Source: the human T2T-CHM13v2.0 reference genome, Homo sapiens
Assembly: GCF_009914755.1 (NCBI RefSeq)
Contig: NC_060926.1
Length of the DNA: 64,000 nucleotides
Reading direction: 5' to 3' (one strand)
Part shown: one piece after another, positions 54,753-64,000 of the stretch
How the letters are laid out: each line of letters begins with the position of its first letter
Numbering within the stretch: the first letter of the stretch is position 1
Made by a program: the position numbers and the translations under genes
Notes under the pieces: generated by a model
What the model saw: the letters and a program-made list of their open reading frames with translations, nothing else
Told to the model about the DNA's origin: nothing
Database searches by the model: none

Positions 54753-55553
54753 TGATACGGGAGCGGGGTAGGGAAGTGCTGGGAAGGAAACGGAGTGGTC
54801 CCTGCCTAGGGCTCCACCTCCGGCCCTGTGCCCACGGACCTAGGTGAGGACGGGCACTCCTGCCTTTGTGCCCAAATGTTGCATTTCCCAAGACCACCCT
54901 GGCCCACCATGCCCCCATCGTGTGCCTATAAAAACCCCAAGACCCTAGCAAACAGAGACACAAGTGACTCATCGTCGAGAGGAACACACCAGCAGAAGAA
55001 CACACAAGCGGCTGGACATCGAGAGGAATGCACTAGTTTAAGAGTACACCAACAGGCACCAGCAGGCCGGCAGGCCATCAACCGGAGGAACGACATGGAG
55101 TTTGACTGGGGAGTCCCGACTCCAGGGAGAAACCATCTTCCCACTCCATCTCCCTTCCGGCTTCCCCATCTGCTGAGGGCTATTTCCACTCAATAAAACC
55201 TTGCACTTATTCTCCAAGCCCATGTGTGATCCAAATCTTCTGGTACACCAAGGCAAGAAACCTCAGGATACAGAAAGCCCTCTGTCCTTGTGATAAGGCA
55301 GGGGGTCTAATTGCGCTGACTAACGCAAGCTGCCTACAGACAGCAAAACTAAAAGAGCACCCTGTAATACACGCCCACTGGGGCTTCAGAGGCTGTAAAC
55401 ATTCACCCCTAGATGCTGCCATGGGGTCAGAACCCCACGACCTGCCTGTCTGCATGCTCCCCCAAGAGGTTTGAGCAGTGGGGCACTGAAGACACCAGCC
55501 ACTCCCTCTGTCACACACTCTGTGAGGGGGATAAGGGAACTTTTCTCCTTTCA
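54753..55553 (+). mobile_element. LTR1-family (HUERS-P2, ERV1) solo LTR
   Basis: tgatacggg...ctagggctccacc...cacggacctaggtgagga...cctataaaaacccc...caataaaaccttgcac...ttctcctttca; TATA at 54927, AATAAA at 55192. Confidence 0.85.
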
Positions 55554-58408
55554 CTATGACACAAGTAACCACCCTTAAACCATGAATTCTTGATTAAAGC
55601 AATGACTGGCTAGAAAATTAAATCTTAAGGTAACTGAAATTTGCATTATCTTATTTTGTCTATGCTAAAGTATTTTAAAGCAAAGTACAGCTGTCATAAC
55701 AAATGAGACTATCCCAGGAGACTGTCAGGTGTATGTCAGTCTCAGACATATCCAGAAGAAAAAATGTAGAGATGATATATCCAGGAATTCTTCCATCTTC
55801 TGACATATAAAATTATTTCTTATCTCCTTCCTTACACCTGGGCCTATCCTGCTGAGGTATAACAGATAATCATTACTTATTTGGTATTTGGACCCCAAAT
55901 TGCCAGGCATCCACTTCCCCTGTTCTTCCTTTCTTTCATTTCCTCCCAGGAGCCATAAGTTGAAGAAAGTATTTCCCATTACAGAGTGTGAACAACTTGT
56001 GCCCTCAAACTTAATAAGCTCCCATTTACTCAGATGTGTGGCTACTGGTCCCTGTCTTTTGTCCCTAATTTCAACCTTTCTCCTAAGGAAGTGAATACCC
56101 AAAAAGATTTACTAATTTATCAAGTGCTTTGGCTACATTATTTGTGAATAGTCTCCTCCCATGGCAGTGACTTGGACACTAGGGAGGATCTGGCTGGTTC
56201 ATGTGTCAGTTGTATTTATTTTTATTTATTACATACATATTCAGAAAGAAAATTATTTACCTGTGCATTTCCATGGTTTCTATTGCCATGGCAGCCAAGA
56301 TATTGTATTGCAAAGACAAGAAACAGAGAGACAGAGTTATTAGTAACGGGATTGAGGGGGATGTTTGCAAGCCCCTGGAGCAATACTTCAGATACCCAGG
56401 GCTTTTGGGGGGTAGAGCTCACCTGTGGGGGTGGTTGATTGGCTGTTGTTCAGCTCATCTTAGAGAAGTAAAACAAGGAGATCAGATAAAATGTTGGAAA
56501 GGTAATTATGTTCTACAGGAGTTCAGCTCTCATCTTTCTGGGTTGGTGCCCTTTAAAAAATTGATGGTTCTTTACGTGCTTAATTAAAGTTTGGAATGGC
56601 TGCTCACCTCCATAAATCATTTCTCCTACCCAAGGAAGCAGTGTTGGCTGTGGCAGTGAGGAGTAACCAGGGCTACACTGAATTCCCTGGGGCTAAAAAC
56701 TGAATGCTATTTATTGGAGCACTGGAAGAACATTTTCTATGCTGAATGCCATAGTTCACTCTGCAGTCACTGAGAGCTGAGAGAGTTCCAGCTGATGCTT
56801 TCTTTAACTGGCTGATTTTCTTTCCAAGGCAAGCTGGAAGAGAAGTACATTCAGAATGACAAGGGTTGAATAGCTTGAATCATCACCTAGGTAATCAACT
56901 GTAATGCTAGTTCTCTAAGGAACTAAAAGATGAAGCTTTCTTTTAGAATTTCCATTTAATTTTCCCAGTTTGTCTTTAGAAGCAGGGGTATGGTTAAGTA
57001 CAAGTACCCCATTTCCCAGGGAAGGTCATTGAGGCCCAGATGGAAAGGGACATCCTAAGAGGCACACAACAAATGAACAATGGAAACAAACAAAAAAAAT
57101 AACGTTATGAATTTGGGATGGAATTAGAGATCAGAGCTAACAAACTGAGCTGTTATTTCCTGAGCAACTCTGGCTTCAGTGCAAGAATTTAGCAAAAACA
57201 TTTTGTCTCCTCTAATCCTTCTCCTTAGTTCTTTTGGAGCATTTCTGAGTGGGGACAATGCCCTTGTCTGGTCAGTATCACACTGGGCTGAACACTGGCT
57301 TCTAGTCAGAATCTTCTAGTTCAATCACCTTTGTTTTCACTCATAAAGTGGTAGAATGTTAAGGTCCACAATATTGCCTGCATTCTGCAGCCACCCATAT
57401 GTCACCACCTACCTGCTTTATCTCTTTGTCACATTTTCATCTCTTTCTACTTCAACTTTCCTTTGATTCATCCCCAAAAGCTTTCCCCTAGGCCACTTGG
57501 CAGTATTCCCTCACTAGTCAAAATCTGGTGGGTCTTTCTTGAGTGAGCTCTCAGAGCTGACCTCCTTTTTTAAGACATCTATTTGCATGCAGGTGGCCAT
57601 CGATGACATCAATGGTTTTGCAGTATTGAGCCACATTTTGGATTTTACCTAGAAGATGTGCAGAATATAAATGTTTTCATGAGGTATGTGGGCCAATTTC
57701 TCATTCAGGATGAGAAATGTTGCAGTTGAAAAAATTTGGAAACATAAACTGGCTGCTTAGTTTCTGTGGGTGTTTTCATTCATTTATTTAATATGAATGC
57801 ATTAAGAAATATGAGAAAAACAGTTTGGTGCTCAGAAAATCATACTACAGTCCCTCTCCCCTAGAAGCTTACAGTTTGGCTAAAAGGAAAAGCAATATAA
57901 GGCAAATATAGTGCAAATCAAATAAGTACATAGACAATAAGGAGTCTATAAAGCAATTTAAAGGCATAGAGGATGGAAATGTTGGAAGAGACTTTGCTGA
58001 GGAAATTGCCATCAGCTGAGGGTAGGTCAAAAGCTAATAGAATTAACATAAGGCCATTCATGTAAATTAAAATACACATACAAAATAACACTATTTTTCA
58101 AGGACATGTGTTTGATCCCTTACAACAAACACATTAGTGTGGGTGTCTTTGAATAGGGAGAAACAGGAATGAGTATGAGGGTAAACAGAAAATAAAATAA
58201 AAGTAAGAATTTGCTCAAATTAGTAATTATAATGTGCTATGAAATACAAATAATTCACCTTCAATCTTTATTAGCAATGTGACCTCGGATAAGTCTGTCA
58301 ATCTTTATCTTAGATACAGCAGGATGGCCTCATCTATAAAACGAGAATAATAATATATTATTTTCAGAGTTGTTTGTAGAATGGAATGAAATAAAGTATG
58401 GAAAGTAC

Positions 58409-58577
58409 TGTCTTAGTCCGCTTGGTCTGCCATAACAAAGCTCTGCACATGGGGTGGCTTAAGCAATGTAAATTTCTCTCTCATAGTCCTGAAGACTGGG
58501 AAGTCCAAGATTAAGGTGCCAACTCTCTTTCTGGCTTATAGATGGCCACTTTCTTTCTGTGTCCTCGCATGGCAGAC

Positions 58578-58643
<66 letters not shown>

Positions 58644-58890
58644 AGAGGAGGAGGAGGAGGAGGAGGAGAAGTTGGAGGAGGAGACAAATTCAGGGAGAAA
58701 GAGAGAGAGAGGGTGCTAGCTCTCTCTGGTATCTATTCTTATGAAGATATTAATCCTATCATATCAGGTCCCCACCCTTGTGACTTTATCTAACCATAAT
58801 TACCTTAAGTCCTATCTGCAAATACAGCCATATTGGGGTTTAGGGATTTGACATGTGAACGTGGAGTGGGACACAATTTAGTCCATACCA
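58409..58890 (-). mobile_element. MLT1A0-like MaLR LTR
   Basis: tgtcttagtcc...ctgggaagtccaagattaaggtgcc...acacaatttagtccatacca; TSD agtac/agtat. Confidence 0.85.
58578..58712. repeat. (AG)n(GAA)n(GAG)n purine tract
   Basis: 94 consecutive purines at 58578-58671. Confidence 0.95.
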
Positions 58891-59261
58891 AGTATCTAGC
58901 ACAGCTTCAGAAACATAGCAAGTATTCAAAATCTGTTCTCTCTTCCCCAAACCATCAACCTCCTATCTTAACCCTTTTTCACATGGTACTAACAAGATAC
59001 CAAATAGAGACTTTGGGTTAAAATATAAGTGGTGTCTATTTTATAGATTATCAGAAGGAATAAACTCAGTAACTTATTTGAATTTTGCATAATATTTCAT
59101 TTTATCTTTTCTTATTGTTTTGAAACCTGTATTTTTTACTCAGCCATATGTTCTGAATAATTATCCATTTCACTAAAGGTAAGACTAGATCACTTTAGCT
59201 AGTATATAATATCATAATTCTATGTGTGACTGTTCTGTAATTTATTATCTATTGTGTCATT

Positions 59262-59336
59262 ATCTTATCTGCTGATTGACATATTATCTACTGATTTTGA
59301 TCTTATCTGCTGATGGATATATTATCTACTGATTTG
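59262..59336. repeat. 2 x 38-bp (4 x 19-bp) tandem repeat
   Basis: atcttatctgctgat(t/g)ga(c/t)atattatctactgattt twice. Confidence 0.9.
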
Positions 59337-59387
59337 CTATTGTATACAATGTCTTGATGAACAGATGCCTACAAACACAATTGCACT

Positions 59388-59455
59388 TGTGTGTGAGTTC
59401 ATGTGTGTGTGTGTGTGTGTGTGTATTTGTGTATGCGTGTGTGTATTTGTGTATG
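59388..59455. repeat. Degenerate (TG)n
   Basis: Directly visible. Confidence 0.9.
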
Positions 59456-60284
59456 CTCATCTTCAGGTTTCATGCAAATTGCTACATGGCTATTCAGAAT
59501 ATTCACTGTGCTTTATTTTTTGACTATTCTCAGTTTACTTTGTTTCACATTCTGTGACATTCCATCAGTCTAGCACCTGCAACCATTGTCTCCTCCAGGT
59601 ATTTCTCACATTTTGTCCTCTTTCCCAGCCTATACTTCGGCAGATAACCTCAACACTTACCTTGCTGAGAAGAAACCCTGCCATGTTCTGCAAAGCCACT
59701 TACTCAACTTGCCAACTTTTAAAATTAAACACCCTGAATTGGGAGAATCATGTGGCTGCACTAGATTTCTTGTGTTAATAAAATTCAAATTAAATGCAAG
59801 CTCTAGGCCAGAAGTAAAAGGCCATGGACAAGAGAAAGAGTGCCAATTATTTCTTCCAAGCAACAGAAATGGTACTTTTCTCCACCTGGCTGGATTTTTC
59901 TTTTCTTTTTTTTCTTTTTCTTTCTTTCTTTCTTTTTTTTTTATTTCACCCTCTCCCTTCTTCCCTCACAAACTTTTTTTGTCCTAACTGTGCCTATTTT
60001 TCTACCCCTGCCCATATGTTGCAATGAGAGACTTCTTAAAATCTCTTTTCCTGGCAGATGCTGATGTGTTAGCTGGTCAATAGCTGGGGAATGAAATAAA
60101 AATACAAATTTTGTGCCTTGAGAATATCAAGAGGAAACTACCCTCCATTCCAATCTCTCTGCATATCCTATTTTACCAGTTCTTTAGGACATCCTCTCAA
60201 GGAACTCTTTCTTCTTCCTAAAATACAACTTGGATTAATTGAGTACTTAATTATATACTCTTTGCCAAGTGTTTTCAGAGTGTG

Positions 60285-60401
60285 AATTTTGTTTACCTCA
60301 ACAAAATTGTGGGGAAATTTTGTTTTCCTCAACAAAATTGTGGGGAAATTTTGTTTTCCTCAACAAAATTGTGGGGAAATTTTGTTTTCCTCAACAAAAT
60401 T
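60285..60401. repeat. 31-bp minisatellite, ~3.8 copies, each unit with an internal inverted repeat
   Basis: Unit aattttgttttcctcaacaaaattgtgggga starts at 60285, 60316, 60347, 60378. Confidence 0.97.
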
Positions 60402-60924
60402 TCCAAAGGCAGAAATTTTGTATTCTCTTCTTTTTTCTGCCTCATTCCTACTATGCTTATAAATAGTAAATAGTAGGGCTTCCATAAACACTTATTAATA
60501 GTTCAACAAAAATATTGGAGAGGTGAGGAAGAAGGTGTGGACCTAACACTTATCCTCAGATGACCTAAAATCTAATAGTGTATCCAGGATACAAACATTA
60601 CAATGTTAAAGAACATTTCCCACAGCAGATAAGGAATCATCATTTATATCCAGCTGTAGAATGGAGAATGCCAAATTATCTAACTCTTGAATCACAGTGC
60701 TCTTTTCACCAATCTCTTTTATTTCATATAGCACTTTTAACTTTGCAAACTTTTCAAAGAGTTTTTGTCTACATACATTATGCTTCAGGAAAGAATTAAA
60801 GATTTTAAAAGTCATGAAAAAGTTTCTGCTGGGATAGTAGGAGTTGAATATAAACTGTGGCTTTTTCTTATAAAGCATACCTACTTTTTTCTCATTTATA
60901 GCTTTTTTACAGCTCTCATTTGTG

Positions 60925-61048
60925 CATTTATTTACTACACTTATTATGCACTCTAGCACCTACTATATGTGTCAGGCACTGTAGTAGGCACTGTGGGTGC
61001 TGTAAAAAGTAAGACAGACAAGGACCCAATATTCATGGAGTTTACTGC
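60925..61048 (-). mobile_element. L2 3' end
   Basis: agcacctactatatgtgtcaggcactgtagtaggcact...taagacagacaagg...catggagttta. Confidence 0.8.
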
Positions 61049-62053
61049 ACCTGAAAGTTGAATGATGAAGTAAGAAACACATTTATAGAAAAGAGAATCT
61101 TTCTCCACTCTCTGCCCTCACCTCCCAAAAAGTAATGCCCTTTTTGCGGTGCTTTGTCCAGAGGATCCTTCTAAAACAACAGAACCAAACAGCTCTCTGC
61201 TTGGGGAAGCTTGCATGGGTTTTAACTCCTTACATTCAAAAATGGTGCCAGTAGTGTTCACCTACCTCCCACACCAAGTTTCTGCCTTCTGTTTTGTCTT
61301 CTTAATTGGGGTCTGCTCATGCTTTCTCTTCCTTCAAGCCTCATAAGAAAGGTAGGGCCTTTGCATTCCTGCTGAGCATTGCTGCCATTGTTTTATCACC
61401 CTTAGAATACCTCCTTTATTTCATATCATTCGACCATTTCTGATTTGTCCCCATGTATCATTGATACTGATCTCTGCCCCTCCTCCACCCTTACTGAGAA
61501 TTTGGGCATCTAATACATGAAAATTCCTTATACTCCTTGTTCTGCTGTGATCCCAGATGATTTTGATTTTTGATTTTTTGGTTTGTCATTTGTTTGTTTG
61601 TTTGTTTGTTTGTTTTGACAACAACCTGTCCTCAGCTGAAACCTAAAAATGCTTTGAGAGACCTTTGTCCTCTGTTCATTTCAGCTACCCACATCCACTA
61701 ACACTCTAGATCTTGAAACCAGTAGAACCTAGAAACATTTCTGTTCTGAAATCTTAACTTCAGTGTCTGACCATCTGGCCAAAACATCCTTCTTTTTCTT
61801 CCCAGTCACTCTCTTACATTTGAACAAGAGTTTTTAAACAAATTCTGGAAAGACCAATTCTATGACAATATCAAGATCTACAGACCCAGATTACCTCAGT
61901 TGGCCACTTGGCTTTACTTTCTCATATCCTCAGCTAGACTTCATGGTTCATTTTGTGATTTCCTCTCCTTTGCCCTCCTGCAACCAAGCCTTGGTTTCTC
62001 TACACCTATTCCAAGACTGCTGAGGAAAAGTATACAACCATGCAGACTGGAGC

Positions 62054-62205
62054 CAAGACAAATTCATTCCAACTATTTATCTCTCTATCTATATCTATCT
62101 ATCTAATCTTTCATCTACTCATTGCTTTAACTCTATCAAGACAAATTCATTCCTTCTATCTATTTATCTATCTATCTAATCTTTTGTCAAACTGCTTTAA
62201 CTCTA
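62054..62205. repeat. Diverged ~70-83-bp tandem duplication containing (TATC)n
   Basis: caagacaaattcattcc at 62054 and 62137; tgctttaactcta closes both units. Confidence 0.88.
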
Positions 62206-62451
62206 ATCACTCTCTTTGATTTTTACTCTTTACTTTTTCTCCTTTTCTCTTGAAGTCAAATTCTGAGGCAGATTATCCACACTCATTGGAAACAAATAAC
62301 TGCAAATAGTTACTCAACTATCTCTCATTTGATCTCCAAATCTGTAAAATCTGTTTTAAACTTCCAACATTTTGTGCAATTGGTTCTCCAGAGTTTAGTC
62401 AAGGCATCATTATTTCTAAACCAATGCGTCATTATCATTTATGGTACCACA

Positions 62452-62868
62452 TGTCTTGGCCCATTTTGCATTGCTATAAAGGAAATACCTGAGGCTGAGT
62501 GATTTATTTTAAAAAGACTTTTATTTGGCTCACAGTTCTGTAGGCTTCATAGGCATGGCATGGGCATCTGTTTCTGGTAAGGATCTCAGGAAGCTTTTAT
62601 TCATGGCAAAAGGCAAAGGGGGTGCAGTCATGTCAAATGGAGAGAGTGGGAGCAAGAGAGATAGGTGGAGATGCCAGGCTCCTTTTAACAATCAGATCTC
62701 TCAGGAACGAATAGAGAAAGAGTTCATTTATTACTGCAAGGCAGCATCAAGCCACTTATGAGGAATCAGACCCTTGACCCAAACACCTCCCACCAGGTCC
62801 ACCTCCAATGTTCAGGATCAAATTTCAACATGAGATTTGGAAGGGACAAGCATCCAAATTATACATCA
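62452..62868 (-). mobile_element. MSTB-like MaLR LTR
   Basis: ttttgcattgctataaaggaaatacctgaggctg...tttggctcacagttctg...caaacacctcccaccagg...tttcaacatgagatttgg. Confidence 0.9.
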
Positions 62869-62929
62869 CCGCTACAACATTTGCGCATCACCCCCCAAAA
62901 ATCTGGGTTATTTGATGTCATTCATTGAT

Positions 62930-63260
62930 TCTTCTAACTCTGATGGTTCCATCTCAACCTCTCTTCAGGAGTCTCCTTCCTGCTCTTCTTTAATTAAATT
63001 CCCAATTCCACATTCCTTAAGTTCTTTCCTTAATTCACTCTTCTTTTCTCTATATACATAATCCCTCTTTTATACCCAAAGGTCCAACTCCCCCTTAGAC
63101 ACTGATGTCCCCAAATCTTATCCCCAAGTCAAAAATCTCTCCAGAGCTGCAAATCTGTCTGCCCGCTGGGCATTCCACTTGAACATTCTCTAGGCATCAC
63201 AAGCCCTAAATATTCAAAACTAAATCCACCTTCTTTTCTTTCAAATATGTTCCCCACAAA
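62930..63260 (+). mobile_element. L2 fragment
   Basis: ctcttcttttctctatatac...ctgatgtccccaaatc...ctctccagagct...cattccacttgaa...aggcatc. Confidence 0.6.
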
Positions 63261-64000
63261 TCTGTGTCTGATGCATAGTTGGTTGCTAAACAGCCTTTAA
63301 CTGTTCAGCCTTTATCTGATTAGAGAAGACACTGAGCTTGGAATCCCTGAATAACTTATCCAAACAGCTCCTAATTCCATTCAGATCTCTTAGCTCTTCA
63401 TTTGAAGAGCTTAGAACAATTTATCATCATTAAGTATTCTCCTTCATTATTGAGAATGCTAAGTCTGAGATAAACTTCATTAAATGGGGTCCCCAAGCTT
63501 CAACTCATAGGTTTAGTATCGTCTGGAGCTTTCCCCAAGTGGATACAGCAAGTCAGGAGTGGAGTAGGCAATAACCTGCTTTGTGGATTCCTGAGTCAGG
63601 CAGGGTGTGATGGCCTGTCCTGACAGCCCACCAGCTCTCAGAGTCTTGCTATTGGAACTCACAGGTGAGATTTATTTGGATGTCTTCTGCAAGTGATGGA
63701 AGAGTCTAATCCTTGGATTTAGTTTATTAGTTTGTTTAACCTGTCAGCATTATTCTGATTGTTTAGTGCCAGCGTCATAGGCTACAAGATGCAAAATAGG
63801 TGAAGCGGCTAATAAGTTAAGAAAACTCTGATTAAGTTCCATGAGGACTCAACAAGCATTGTACAGGTTAATTGAATTTTTATAGATTAATTCTCCTTTC
63901 CCGATTCTAAGAGGTTGTTCTCTTTCAAAGCCCTCTGCCAAACCGGTGATGGGAGAAATTAAAAATCCCAAACTAAATAAATTGTCCCTGCTTTTATCCT

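Larger units (their letters stand above)
58265..58935 (+). mobile_element. MIR split by an MLT1A0 insertion
   Basis: tgtgacctcggataagt...cctcatctataaaa...ggaaagtac, resuming after the LTR as ctagcacag...catagcaagtattcaaaa. Confidence 0.65.

Noticed and set aside
54685-55572. Cluster of 70-120 aa ORFs on both strands
   Set aside because: GC-rich LTR1 sequence with few stop codons; not coding.
58516-58793. Poly-Glu, poly-Arg and poly-Lys ORFs
   Set aside because: Translations of the AG/GAA/GAG microsatellite inside an MLT1A0 LTR.
60285-60404. CRISPR-like array (palindromic ~30-bp repeats)
   Set aside because: Units are directly tandem with identical 7-bp linkers, there are no unique spacers or cas genes, and the context is primate DNA.

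Overview
AT-rich primate (very likely human or great-ape) non-coding genomic DNA, either intergenic or deep intronic. I find no supportable host protein-coding exon, RNA gene, CpG island or prokaryote-type system such as CRISPR. About half of the window is interspersed repeat. The main elements are: a full-length but inactivated minus-strand L1PA2/L1PA3 (46.6-52.7 kb; 17-bp TSD; 5'UTR lacks the 129-bp ZNF93-target segment); a near-complete Tigger1 fossil; a 5'-inverted (twin-primed) L1 carrying a mini-Alu; several Alus; many MaLR solo LTRs (MST, MLT1); an LTR16A/HERV16 remnant; MER21 and LTR1 LTRs; a complete piggyBac MITE (MER75); hAT MITEs; and ancient MIR/L2/L3 fragments. The only recognisable ORFs in the track are decayed L1 and Tigger1 proteins. 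The most unusual local structures are a 31-bp minisatellite in which every unit is a hairpin (60285-60404) and a 19-bp-periodic GATA array (59245-59336). I do not see evidence for a previously undescribed biological system. All family assignments come from my recollection of consensus sequences, not from a database search, and the boundaries of old elements are approximate.
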